A program made the translations under genes and the position numbers. Positions 1 to 9,934 of a stretch of 64,000 nt of DNA are shown here, in pieces. Each line of letters begins with the position of its first letter. The stretch's first letter is position 1. Location of the stretch: contig CAYOYV010000002.1 of NCBI GenBank assembly GCA_964408285.1, positions 1-64,000 of the forward strand. Direction: 5' to 3'. The notes below the pieces were generated by a model. The model had not been told where the DNA came from. It worked only from the letters and a program-made list of their open reading frames with translations, and searched no databases. Source of the stretch: an uncultured Nitrososphaerota archaeon (GTDB taxonomy: Archaea; Thermoproteota; EX4484-205; JAAOZO01).

Positions 1-2138
1 GCCAGATAGGGAACTCTCACAAGCACTTCCTTCCTTTCATCAATCGGATTGTAGATTAGGAACGACCTGTTCTCGGGTGGGTATCCAGCGGCTGAATCTG
101 GATCCAGGCAGTCCAAGTTCATGACCATCATTTCCCTGTCCTCTGCATTCGCGAGAGCTTCAAACATGAGGTATAACCAGAGGGTTTCGCCAGCCCCATA
201 TATCTGCTTACCTAGATATCCGGTCTGCTCTTCGGCCTCGAGAAGCTGTAGATTCTCAAACGGAATATAGTCGCACGGATCTCTATGCTTGAATTTTGCC
301 TCATCTGGCAGACATGCAGGGAACATGTAGAAGTCATGTGCCCTCTGGAGGTTGATGAACCGCAGCAATGTCTCCGATGGTTCCGATCCCTTGAAAATCA
401 GTGTCCATGGAAGTATGGAGATCACATTCTCAAACATGGCTGGATAGAGGACGGATGCACATGCCTGAACCATTCCCCTTGTGTCATAGAATTTGCTTGA
501 GGGGAGAGCGCTTTCCCTGAACCAATAGAACATCCTGAGCTCTTGGCAGAGCAAGTATTTCATGATCTCTAGGAACCTTTCCTCTCCCGTAGTCCTCTGG
601 ACAAGGCAGGAGGCAAGTGCGCCAAACGCTAGCTCCATAGGCTCGTGGAAGAGCTTCTCCTCTGGGGCATGGTACAAGACATTTAGCGCTGCTTTCGCCT
701 CTTCCAGCATATCAGCGTTCCCTGTGAACTTGTTTCCCAACATCATGTTGTACGCATAGAGGCCTCCACTTGCGAGGTTCGTGCCGCTCATGGATCTATC
801 CATGCTCTCGCTGTCGAAGAACAACGGAAACAGATAGCTAGTATTCTTGGCAAGTTTCGTCGACCGTCTCATATCTGACATCACCCCCTCAAGAATGTCC
901 TTGTTCCCGCTTAGGAAAGAGAACCACCAAAGCCTGTTAATTCCATAAAGATAGGGCCAAACATCGATAGCCCTGCCTTCGAGCCTTCTCTCCGAATATA
1001 GCTTTTCTACTGTTGATGAAAGCTTCTTCACCACATTGCCCCAGTCACCATTTGGGGGCAGCTTCGAGTAGAGAATCAATGGGTGCAGGACATCAAGGGT
1101 CTCAAAAATGCCGGGTTTTCGTACCTCGGAGAAGTTTCTTTCGGGAAACACGTCCTGCCAAGCTCTCGCGGTGTCCTTGACATACGATCTGAAACCTTCC
1201 AATCCCCCAACCTTCACCCAAGACCAATCCTTCCTCATCATGTCATTCAGACATCTTTCGGAGAAATCAGTCCATGTAGTGGCCTTCTCGGGCCAAGATG
1301 GCTTTGGCGGCACGAGGGGAAGTGCGTTCTGTATCATCTCCACTATTGATTCCTGGTCACTGCGGCCTTGAGTTCTGTAGTTCTCGTAGAGCCAATATTC
1401 GAATATTTGATCTCCTGCCGGGAAGGTCCTGCCACTGAAGCTTCTAGCCCACAGTCCAATCTTGTATCTCCTCTCCCTGTAGTCCCTCATCAATGAGCAC
1501 TCATATTCAAGAAACCTGCGGAGATTTCCGGTCGACATCCAGTTCATTGACCCCATGTCGAAGTACATGATTATCTCGGCCTTCTTGTTGGCATCCCAGA
1601 AGTAGAGGCCGGGGAAATCGTTCCCCCTTGTTCCGTGACAACTTACGGTCGGATTTGAAATTTCAGTCCTGAACCACTCGAAGTGCCCTCTTTCATAAGG
1701 CGGAAGTGGCCCTAGGTCAATCAGTATCGCGGGTTCGGTGTAGCCATCATGATTGATAGACATACTTTTTGGAATCCGAACATTCACCTTTACATGGAAC
1801 CAAGGGCTCGGCCTCCAAGTTTCGACCTTGGCGGCCCAGCCATATGCGAGATTCTTGCCATCGGAGTCAAGAACGCCTTCCTTTTTGCCGCTGAGCAAAA
1901 TCGAGCTATGTTCCGGACTTGAATTCAACACACTACATTCGTTTGCGCACAGGTTGAAACTCGGGCCATTGACCAAGAAGTTGGTGTCTGAGGAAACCTT
2001 GATCCAGTTCCTTCCGTCGTAGACATGCGTTCCAAAAGTGTAGCCTTCATCCGATTTCTGCCTTCGGAATATGATCTTCTGAGTCTTGTTCCAAATCTCG
2101 ACGTTCTCAGGTGAGGAGATGACGCCACAATCACTCAT
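1..2138 (-). CDS. Large hypothetical protein (>712 aa), possibly carbohydrate-active with a helical barrel; 3' end outside window
   Basis: Manual translation from ATG at 2138 (MSDCGVISSPENVEIWNKTQ...) stays open to base 1 (...YIPFENLQLLEAEEQTGYLGKQIYGAGETLWLYLMFEAL...). Absent from the ORF track because there is no stop in the window. Confidence 0.8.
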   Translation of the reverse strand, partial: MSDCGVISSPENVEIWNKTQKIIFRRQKSDEGYTFGTHVYDGRNWIKVSSDTNFLVNGPSFNLCANECSVLNSSPEHSSILLSGKKEGVLDSDGKNLAYGWAAKVETWRPSPWFHVKVNVRIPKSMSINHDGYTEPAILIDLGPLPPYERGHFEWFRTEISNPTVSCHGTRGNDFPGLYFWDANKKAEIIMYFDMGSMNWMSTGNLRRFLEYECSLMRDYRERRYKIGLWARSFSGRTFPAGDQIFEYWLYENYRTQGRSDQESIVEMIQNALPLVPPKPSWPEKATTWTDFSERCLNDMMRKDWSWVKVGGLEGFRSYVKDTARAWQDVFPERNFSEVRKPGIFETLDVLHPLILYSKLPPNGDWGNVVKKLSSTVEKLYSERRLEGRAIDVWPYLYGINRLWWFSFLSGNKDILEGVMSDMRRSTKLAKNTSYLFPLFFDSESMDRSMSGTNLASGGLYAYNMMLGNKFTGNADMLEEAKAALNVLYHAPEEKLFHEPMELAFGALASCLVQRTTGEERFLEIMKYLLCQELRMFYWFRESALPSSKFYDTRGMVQACASVLYPAMFENVISILPWTLIFKGSEPSETLLRFINLQRAHDFYMFPACLPDEAKFKHRDPCDYIPFENLQLLEAEEQTGYLGKQIYGAGETLWLYLMFEALANAEDREMMVMNLDCLDPDSAAGYPPENRSFLIYNPIDERKEVLVRVPYL

Positions 2139-2452
2139 GCAGTAATTGTGAATCTCCCCTGATTCTTAAATCTTGATGGCAAGCGAGACGCACTGAAGGG
2201 TTCCACCGATGCCCGGCCGTCATCTGTTGAAGCACAATTAGCTGTTTCGCCAATCGCTCATATGTAACGCCGGAATTGCCTAGGGACGGATTCCGTTGTG
2301 CTTTCCCGAAGACATCAACCTCCGATTTCAGACGAGTGTCCTCCAACAATGGTTCCTACGGCCGGCGCTAGGAATTCGGGATTTGCGTCCTTGGACCTTC
2401 AAGCTCCTTTTTATTAGCCGTTTCAGCGCAGTTCTTCTGGGCTGCAGGGAGA

Positions 2453-2800
2453 ATGGAAAAGATCGAGAAGGTAAGAATCAGACGACCATTCGACAGGGTT
2501 CCATATCCTCTTCTTTGGGCTTTGCTATTGGATGGCTTGGATCTGGCCTCCAATTCCATTGCAGTGTTCCTCGGGTTCATCTTCATTCCTCTCGGCATAT
2601 TGCCAGATGCGGGAGTAGACATTGTTCAAAGCGTGTTGTCTGCGCTGATCTTCGAGACCCCATTGATTCCACTATTGCAGTTGGTGGACTTTGCGCTAAT
2701 ACCCCCTTTCGACCTGATTCCTTCTAATACTTTGGCTATTCTCGCCGCAGAGCATCCTGGTTTTTTCAAGCTTCTCCGTAGAGAGCCTTCATCCAAGTGA
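2453..2800 (+). CDS. Small hydrophobic hypothetical membrane protein
   Basis: 115 aa with 2-3 hydrophobic segments; GGGAGA just before the ATG. Confidence 0.55.
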   Translation: MEKIEKVRIRRPFDRVPYPLLWALLLDGLDLASNSIAVFLGFIFIPLGILPDAGVDIVQSVLSALIFETPLIPLLQLVDFALIPPFDLIPSNTLAILAAEHPGFFKLLRREPSSK

Positions 2801-5800
2801 ACAACGAAAAGAATCGGGATATTAGGGATCGGGGGCAAGCAGGTGATGGGCGTGGGACCTTAGACTTATGTCCTGCAAGCGTCTTGAGTCAGGGGTGCCA
2901 TTCAACTGTGCCGAATTCGTATGAAGATCTAGTGAACATCTCTGGACCATTGGACCTTTCCCCATATCAGGCGCCTCCTATTACCAGACTCAAGGACCTC
3001 CACATTGGGACTGAAATCGTTTCTCAGGGAAGAGCCCAATCAGCAATCGTGATACCTGAGAAAGGCATCTATGACGAATTCGCACTTGAAATAGTCGATG
3101 AAATTCGGAGGACGACAGGTGTGACAGTGAAGTTGGTGCGCGACTCAGAAGCGACTCTGCCATTTGACCAAAATCTGATCATAATCGGCAATCGCTCGAC
3201 GAACAAGGTCATTGAGCAACTGTACAACTTCTACTACACATATCTTGACCTCAAGTATCCGGGCAAAGGCGGTTATGACATCAGATCCCTGCATAATCCA
3301 TTCGGGAACGGGTTCAATGCGCTCCTCATAGGCAGCAGTGACAGAGATGGGATGGCAAAAGCGACGCGCAAGTTCACCGAGCTGATCCGCGCGAATGCGA
3401 TGGCGAACGAAATCACACTCGGTTGGGTCATGAAGGTGAAACTGGGTGAAGGAATGACTCCACCTGCCGATGCGAAGAATCTGAAGGCTTGGGAGGATTT
3501 CAAGATCGGTCCAAAGGGTCTCTTCTTCGGGTGGAATACCATGAGTTGGAATATGGCGCTCTACTACATGACTGGTGAAGAGAGATTCGCGCGGGGGTTC
3601 ATGCGTCTCTGCTTCCCAGACGAGAAAACCATGGAGTACATATGGGAGGTTGAAGGTGGAGGTATCGAGGAGAAGAAGCATCCTCTATCGAATTGCTATC
3701 ATTATGAGGCGCATATCTCGATCCTCTTGTGGGATCTTATTGAGGAGAGCCCAGTCTTCACCGAAGAGGAACGCCTTCGGATAACTAATGAATTCTCCGA
3801 TCAACTTAAGCATTGGCAGAGCGAGTGGTGCTACACTGGCAAGCGTTATAACGATCCGAACGTTGTTGTTGGAGCCAGGCACGACGAGTACGCTGCGCTC
3901 TCGCTATACTGCCTCGCACACTATTTCTGCACATACTACCCGCACATCGTTTGGCAGAGGAACCTTGAGGCGGCCGAGCAATTCTTCGACTCATTGGGCC
4001 ATTCGATCAATGTCACGGGTGAGATGGATCACCTACCTTGGTTTGCGACTGGCATCGAACCAATCATGTCGTACATGTTGATCAGCGGGGACAGGATACC
4101 TCTTCAAAGCGGAGCCCTGCATACCCTTCTCAGTTCATATGACGCCTTGGTCACTGGGGAGCGCGATGACGAGTACCTGCAATCACAATCGCTGTCGTTT
4201 GCGCACAAGGCTGCCTATCTGGCAAAGGACAACCGTTTCATCTATTACCGCAACCTCACAAGCCTTGACACGAATACATTTCGAATTGGCCAGTCTTTCT
4301 ACCCAGAAGATGACACCGAGCGTATGCCAGTTGAACTCTCAAACAGAATCACAGTAGCCCCTGCTTCGTTTGAGCTCTGGAGTGTCCACACAATGCCCAT
4401 GTACCCTCACTACTTGCCAGTACCGATTCCGGTTCCCTACGAGAGGAGCCACCAGTTCCTTAGCTATCGAACTGGACCTACGGGGAATGACGACTACCTG
4501 ATGATCGATGGATTTCTGGCAGGAGTTCGTAACCCCTACCACTGCCTCGCCATTTACCAACTTCGGATCAAAGATAAGACGCTGCTTCTCGGCCTCGAGA
4601 ATCAGCTGATCGTTCGTCAGGGGGGCATCACTGAACCCTCAATTCCCATCGCATCAGCCGTGAAAGAGAGGGTAGCGTCTGGAAATGTGGCCCACTTGGA
4701 ACTGGAAGTACCAAACTTCTCGCACGGCAGTTGGGTTCGGAGAATACTGCACGTCCCAAGAAGATGGACGCTTGTGATCGATGAGATCATGCCCCGTGAT
4801 GACTACCGCGATCTCGATCTAATCGTTCGGTGGCAAGTTCCCTCCATGCCGAGAATTGCGGAGGAGGGATGGATAGAATACCAAGTGGGCGATGCAAACG
4901 CTGCAATCATCCCATGGGTGCACTCAGATCTGCACGTGGACCAGAAAATCGTGGAATGTTCCACCCGCTACAACGCAAAGAAGGATAGCGCTATCCGAAT
5001 AGCGACCCTTGTTGGCACGCAACCAACCGATGGAATCTTGATGTGCTCGAAGCTAACAGATTCAACTGCTTTCGTGGAATCACCGGGTCCGACCTTGGTG
5101 GCGATAGGCACTTCACAAATGCTGGAGGCCACTGTGGTCATCGAAGCGGACGTCACAGTTGTGGATCAGGATTTCGTGTATACTAATAACGCAACAAGGA
5201 TTGTCTTTGGTGCGCCTCTTCTCGAGTCGAACAAACCTCTCACTATCTCTTGGTCGATGACGGATGATGAGATTAAGGTCTTCTGTCCCGAACAAGCAGC
5301 CCTCGGACTCAGCGTCTCATCAGGCGGCGCGCTGAGGGTTGACGGAAAAACGGCAGATGTCACGCATACGGCTGGAGGGCTGGTTTGGATCCGTCTCGAC
5401 CGCGGAGATCACATCATTAGAGGTGCCAGAGCAAGAGAATCGAATCCCTTCCTATCAATCCTGGGCCAACTCAGGACAAAGATAACAAGGCCGCTGATGA
5501 AGGTAGATATGGATCAGCGATTCTCAGCTCTTCCTCAGCTCAAATCTGTCTTCTCGAGGCAGATCGATGAACCTCTGAAGCGAATCATCGCGGGACCCGA
5601 CGGCGATGGAGAAAGCCAAGCCATCATTATCTCGAGGAAAAGTGCGTACATGCTGTCTCCGGATGGAGGAACAAGTAAGATCGCAGAACTAGAGGCGGAT
5701 ATCATGTCTGCAGCATATTGGCCAGAAGCTAGTCTTCTTCTGCTAGGCGGATCAGATGACCTTGTATATGCCTTCGATCCCTCAGGCCTCCTGAATTGGA

Positions 5801-6726
5801 GTTACCTTTCCGTCACTGCGCCGGAACTGGGAGGAACTATGCCTGCTATCTGGCTCAAGAAAGGCCTGCCCGGGATATCGGGTCTGGCTACGGGGAGGCT
5901 GATCGGGGAGGAAACCCAGGCCTTCGTTGGAAGTGCATGCACAGTCGAGATCGTCAATGCATCTGGCCAGCTTATTAGACGCCTGCCGAGCTTCTTGGGA
6001 AGCAGCTATGCAATGGAAGTCCTGGCAATGCCTGACGGATCGCGCAGGTTACTCATATCGAAGTGGCCGAACAGTGTCAATAGCATAGGTGTCGTTGACA
6101 TTAGGGATTGGTCTATCACCCAAGACTTCACCGGCAAGCACAACTTCACTGGATTACCTACTGGTCATGTGAAGGTACCGGAATGGCATAACATGCAGAC
6201 ATCGCACATCATAGTGACGGACATCAACGGAGACGGAAAGCAGGAGGTCGTTCTCGATATAAATGGGGCTTGGAACAGGGTCTGTGCCTATGACTGCATC
6301 GGCGAGCCGCTCTGGTCCGTCAGCTTTGGACCCGGATTAACCTTTCCCGATCACCTAATCAAAGGATTCTGGCCAAAGTCCCATATGATCGGTCTTCACG
6401 TGGCTGACATAGACGGCGATGGACTGAAGGAAAGCGTGGTTGCTACCGCAGAGGGAACGGTCAACGTCATCGGGGAGGACGGGAGGCGCAAGTGGTATGT
6501 ACAGCCGGGTCGCCTAAGAAGTATGGGGGTCATGCCCACTCCCCAAGGCTTCCTCGTCCTCGCTGGACGAGAGGATGGCCTAGTTGTTGCCTTTGACCCT
6601 CTAGGGAAGCCAATCGCTCGGGCCGAGTTCGGTCAGCCGGTCGTAGCGATTCATCCCTTTGGGAAAGCCAGCTCCAAGGTTGCCATTGGCACTGCGGACT
6701 CTAGGATCACAGTGCTGAATCTATAA
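2797..6726 (+). CDS. Large multidomain protein: GH20/GH67-like N-domain, heparinase II/III-like helical and beta-sandwich core, C-terminal FG-GAP/PQQ-like beta-propeller
   Basis: 1309-aa ORF; NLIIIGNRSTNK..YPGKGGYDIRSLHNPFGNG; DINGDGKQE and DIDGDGLKE Ca-binding FG-GAP-like loops. True start may be GTG 2908 (AGGGGTG upstream). Confidence 0.65.
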   Translation: MNNEKNRDIRDRGQAGDGRGTLDLCPASVLSQGCHSTVPNSYEDLVNISGPLDLSPYQAPPITRLKDLHIGTEIVSQGRAQSAIVIPEKGIYDEFALEIVDEIRRTTGVTVKLVRDSEATLPFDQNLIIIGNRSTNKVIEQLYNFYYTYLDLKYPGKGGYDIRSLHNPFGNGFNALLIGSSDRDGMAKATRKFTELIRANAMANEITLGWVMKVKLGEGMTPPADAKNLKAWEDFKIGPKGLFFGWNTMSWNMALYYMTGEERFARGFMRLCFPDEKTMEYIWEVEGGGIEEKKHPLSNCYHYEAHISILLWDLIEESPVFTEEERLRITNEFSDQLKHWQSEWCYTGKRYNDPNVVVGARHDEYAALSLYCLAHYFCTYYPHIVWQRNLEAAEQFFDSLGHSINVTGEMDHLPWFATGIEPIMSYMLISGDRIPLQSGALHTLLSSYDALVTGERDDEYLQSQSLSFAHKAAYLAKDNRFIYYRNLTSLDTNTFRIGQSFYPEDDTERMPVELSNRITVAPASFELWSVHTMPMYPHYLPVPIPVPYERSHQFLSYRTGPTGNDDYLMIDGFLAGVRNPYHCLAIYQLRIKDKTLLLGLENQLIVRQGGITEPSIPIASAVKERVASGNVAHLELEVPNFSHGSWVRRILHVPRRWTLVIDEIMPRDDYRDLDLIVRWQVPSMPRIAEEGWIEYQVGDANAAIIPWVHSDLHVDQKIVECSTRYNAKKDSAIRIATLVGTQPTDGILMCSKLTDSTAFVESPGPTLVAIGTSQMLEATVVIEADVTVVDQDFVYTNNATRIVFGAPLLESNKPLTISWSMTDDEIKVFCPEQAALGLSVSSGGALRVDGKTADVTHTAGGLVWIRLDRGDHIIRGARARESNPFLSILGQLRTKITRPLMKVDMDQRFSALPQLKSVFSRQIDEPLKRIIAGPDGDGESQAIIISRKSAYMLSPDGGTSKIAELEADIMSAAYWPEASLLLLGGSDDLVYAFDPSGLLNWSYLSVTAPELGGTMPAIWLKKGLPGISGLATGRLIGEETQAFVGSACTVEIVNASGQLIRRLPSFLGSSYAMEVLAMPDGSRRLLISKWPNSVNSIGVVDIRDWSITQDFTGKHNFTGLPTGHVKVPEWHNMQTSHIIVTDINGDGKQEVVLDINGAWNRVCAYDCIGEPLWSVSFGPGLTFPDHLIKGFWPKSHMIGLHVADIDGDGLKESVVATAEGTVNVIGEDGRRKWYVQPGRLRSMGVMPTPQGFLVLAGREDGLVVAFDPLGKPIARAEFGQPVVAIHPFGKASSKVAIGTADSRITVLNL

Positions 6727-6992
6727 AGCGCCTCCACTGATCGCACCAGTCACTCATGCGTCCCAGTCCTGTACCTTCATGAGTCTCTTTGTGAGCACGG
6801 GATCTTAACGATGGTCTGGAGAAAATGATTGGATTAGATCAAAGCTATGAAGTAAGAGAACGCATTCACTCGCCAGGAGGAACGTACACGAAAGATATTT
6901 CTCAGTCCGACTAGCCTTCCATGAAATCAAATTCAACTTGTCCTTCTGTTGTCCGTGTCAAAGCAGATGATATGGCCGTGCGACTTAGTAAG

Positions 6993-7589
6993 CTAGTCTA
7001 TCTTTATGGCTTCGCCCTTGGTCTTTTCTTCCTTCTTCGGGAGAATGGTCTCCAACACCCCATTCTTGTATGAGGACCTTGCCTGCCTATGATCCACCAA
7101 AACCGGGAGGTTTATGACCTTGTGATATTTCCGTTGCGGCGTATCAACGGAGACTGCAAGGCTGTCTTCAGTCGCCTGAAGCCTTATGTCATCCTTCGCT
7201 ACGCCCGGCAGCTCTACAATGACCTTGATTTCTCCATCCGTTTCCACCACATCCACTAGGGGTTCTCGCTCTCCCGTGAAATCCAGCCTTCGTTTCCCAA
7301 GCTCCATCCTAGGCTTCACGTTACCGAATTCTCTGACCTCTGGTTTGCCGTCAGGACCAACGGTAATGCTGTATCCGTACACAAATGGCCCCCATTCTTT
7401 TACCTTGGAACCGTCTGGAAGCACCCTTTCACGTACAAGGTCCTTCGGAAGCGCTTTGGGAAATTCTCTTGAGCCTTCTCCCATCAGCTCTTCCATCTCC
7501 TTCAAGATCTCCTCAAAATCCTCAAAGAAAGAGCCTCTGAAGGGCCATCTTCTCCTTCTGGGCCTCTCCCATCGATCTTCGTCCGACAT
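6993..7589 (-). CDS. hsp20: Archaeal small heat-shock protein Hsp20 (alpha-crystallin family)
   Basis: GPFVYGYSITVGPDGKPEVREFGNV, EPLVDV, ELPGV, YKNGVLE and C-terminal IKID motifs. Confidence 0.93.
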   Translation of the reverse strand: MSDEDRWERPRRRRWPFRGSFFEDFEEILKEMEELMGEGSREFPKALPKDLVRERVLPDGSKVKEWGPFVYGYSITVGPDGKPEVREFGNVKPRMELGKRRLDFTGEREPLVDVVETDGEIKVIVELPGVAKDDIRLQATEDSLAVSVDTPQRKYHKVINLPVLVDHRQARSSYKNGVLETILPKKEEKTKGEAIKID

Positions 7590-7687
7590 ATTATACCACC
7601 GTTATAAAGGTGCGAATCTATAATAAAAACATTACTCAGGAAATCTCCCTTCCGGCAACCCTATGGGCTGACTTTGCTACGGGGATT

Positions 7688-8218
7688 TCAGGCTTCCTTC
7701 GTCTTCTCCTTCCGAATCGGGAAAATCGTATCTGTACCGAGGTAGGAATTGAGTGAGTCCGAGGTCAGAAGGAGAAACAGATTGTCAAACGCCAATATTA
7801 TTGTAGCGAGAGGCAGAAGATAGATCAATGTACGGGTGAACAGGCTGGTCATGCTTGCGTCTGGACTGATCGGCGAAGGACTGAAGACTATCTGCTGCAT
7901 GAAAGGCACTAATTCGTAGACTATGAATATCGTCCCAAATACTCCACATACTGTGAAGGTGAAGATAGATAGGAAAAGGCCAGGATAGCCCCGTATCCTA
8001 TCGAAAATAGTCAGGACTATGAGCAAAAGCAAGGCCAAGAGCAAACCTTCCACCATGGCGTGTTTGAGGCCCTCGACAATGGCATAGGTTGCATCCTTCG
8101 ATTCCAAGGCTCCTGAGAATAGCGCTCCCCTGAGAAACCAATACAGAAGCCAAGATCCTGCCATTAGGTGCGTATTGTCGACGACTTTGGTCAGATCTCC
8201 TGGTTTCTTATCCGGCAT
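7688..8218 (-). CDS. Hypothetical membrane protein (about 4 TM)
   Basis: ORF track 7688..8311; hydrophobic helices; ATG 8218 preferred because a TATA-like ATATAT lies about 30 nt upstream. Confidence 0.6.
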   Translation of the reverse strand: MPDKKPGDLTKVVDNTHLMAGSWLLYWFLRGALFSGALESKDATYAIVEGLKHAMVEGLLLALLLLIVLTIFDRIRGYPGLFLSIFTFTVCGVFGTIFIVYELVPFMQQIVFSPSPISPDASMTSLFTRTLIYLLPLATIILAFDNLFLLLTSDSLNSYLGTDTIFPIRKEKTKEA

Positions 8219-8322
8219 ATTCTCACTTACTAGGGGGAGCAAGGCATGATATATGATTAGCGCGTCCGCCATCCGAACAGAGGCAATCTTCAATAGCTTG
8301 CTGCTGTACAATAGAAGAAAGT

Positions 8323-8838
8323 ATGGCGAGGGGGGAATCGAGTAGCTTCCAAAGAGCCGTGGTCAGCTCATTGCAGAACCTCTTGGTTGTCGCCCTTTTT
8401 GTGTTCGGTTTTGCAACTCTCGCCACGGGATTCCTGTTGTTCAATCCTGGTTTCGTAGCGATCGGTCTGACGCTAATCTTCCTCAGCTGGTATCAAAACG
8501 AGCAATACCTTAAACGAAGGACCGAAGCAAAAGAACCGAAGCCAACTTTGTCAGCCCCTTCAAGACCTGGCTTCCTCAAGGGACTTGTTCTGGACAGTAG
8601 CACTCGCCACCCAGTATCCCAAGCCAAGGTTACGATTTCCGGTCCAACGACAAAGGTGGTTCATTCTGGAAACGACGGCTCCTTCGAGTCAGGAGAGTTG
8701 ACTCACGGACAATACAGAATCCTGATCGAGAGAGAAGGATACTCCACAGCCACTTGGGAAAAGGGAGTCATATCAGGCTTCACATCCTCATTTACCTATT
8801 TCGTCTCATCCTCAAACAAGAAGGGTCAAGATCAATGA
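8323..8838 (+). CDS. Membrane protein with carboxypeptidase-regulatory-like (CarboxypepD_reg) domain
   Basis: Two N-terminal TM helices, then LKGLVLDSSTRHPVSQAKVTI..DGSF..GQYRILIEREGY. Confidence 0.7.
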   Translation: MARGESSSFQRAVVSSLQNLLVVALFVFGFATLATGFLLFNPGFVAIGLTLIFLSWYQNEQYLKRRTEAKEPKPTLSAPSRPGFLKGLVLDSSTRHPVSQAKVTISGPTTKVVHSGNDGSFESGELTHGQYRILIEREGYSTATWEKGVISGFTSSFTYFVSSSNKKGQDQ

Positions 8839-8898
8839 CCTCCCCGAACTACTTGAGCTGCAAGATATGCTCCCCCACATATTTGCCATAACCAACAA

Positions 8899-9399
8899 CT
8901 AGACATTCCTCTGGAATGAAATGTAATTCGGCTTGAATCCGAAGCTCCGGTAGAACTTCACAGCAGGCTTGTTCGATGCCAGGGCTTCAACTCGTATTGT
9001 TCTGATTCTCCTGGCCTTGAACCAGCCAAATGCCTGACGCATTATCTTCCTACCGATTCCCTGGCCCCTCCACCTATCAACGACATAGATCTCGTTGATC
9101 TCCCCATAGCTGCCCCCTTGGAAGAATTCATTTCGATGAATTTTCAACCAGGACCAAGCTACCACTTCACCAGATATCTCCCAGACGAACATGCCATCTT
9201 TTCCGGCCAAGTATTCGCTCCGTAGTCCCGTGATGTAAACAGGGGAACCATCCTCCTTCGACCTTCTGAGCGATTTGAGGTACTGATCCTTCGACATGTA
9301 CCTCGGCCCTGTGTTGCTTATCATGATATCCTCATGGAACCTCACGATCAACCTCGAGTGATCTCTCCATGAGAATCTTCTTTTAACTAACCTGGACAT
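8899..9399 (-). CDS. GNAT family N-acetyltransferase
   Basis: IYVVDRWRGQGIG acetyl-CoA motif A, N..AVKFYRSFGF; ORF track extends to 9498. Confidence 0.88.
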   Translation of the reverse strand: MSRLVKRRFSWRDHSRLIVRFHEDIMISNTGPRYMSKDQYLKSLRRSKEDGSPVYITGLRSEYLAGKDGMFVWEISGEVVAWSWLKIHRNEFFQGGSYGEINEIYVVDRWRGQGIGRKIMRQAFGWFKARRIRTIRVEALASNKPAVKFYRSFGFKPNYISFQRNV

Positions 9400-9564
9400 G
9401 TGTGAGCCCCCTGAAACGAGACATCTCCAATCCACCACGAAGGTCGATCTTTCATCGTAGTCTTGCTCTGATTCATGGTAATCCCTACTATGGATCAAGC
9501 TGGACTTTCAGATTTGCGTATCCTTGGTCTGCCTCTACTTTCCATTTCGGCATGCTTTTTGGTA

Positions 9565-9747
9565 CTATCCGGTCAATATCTTGAAGACTATGATGATAGT
9601 CGAGAAAAGCACTATTACTGCGCCGCCGACTATGCCAAGAATCGCTTCTGCGAACCTGCTCGTGAGATAAGCGTTGTAACCAACCCACAGATACGCGCTT
9701 CCAATGAGCATTGAGAGAAGGTTGAACCTTACGGATTTTAGTAGCAT
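9565..9747 (-). CDS. Small two-TM hypothetical protein (about 60 aa)
   Basis: Two hydrophobic helices; TTAAAA about 24 nt upstream of ATG 9747. Confidence 0.45.
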   Translation of the reverse strand: MLLKSVRFNLLSMLIGSAYLWVGYNAYLTSRFAEAILGIVGGAVIVLFSTIIIVFKILTG

Positions 9748-9934
9748 TATTCGGAAGGCGTCTCCTGCTCTTTTAAGTCTCCCGTTCATAAAATCTGTAT
9801 TTCGTCTGAATGAGAAATCGACCGGGACCAGCACACTTTGCCTTCAATGACTTCAGGTTCTGCTAGCGGCATGACGAACTCAACCGCACAGGGCATAGTA
9901 TCTGCCAAAACGACAGTATCGCCCTACTACTGAC

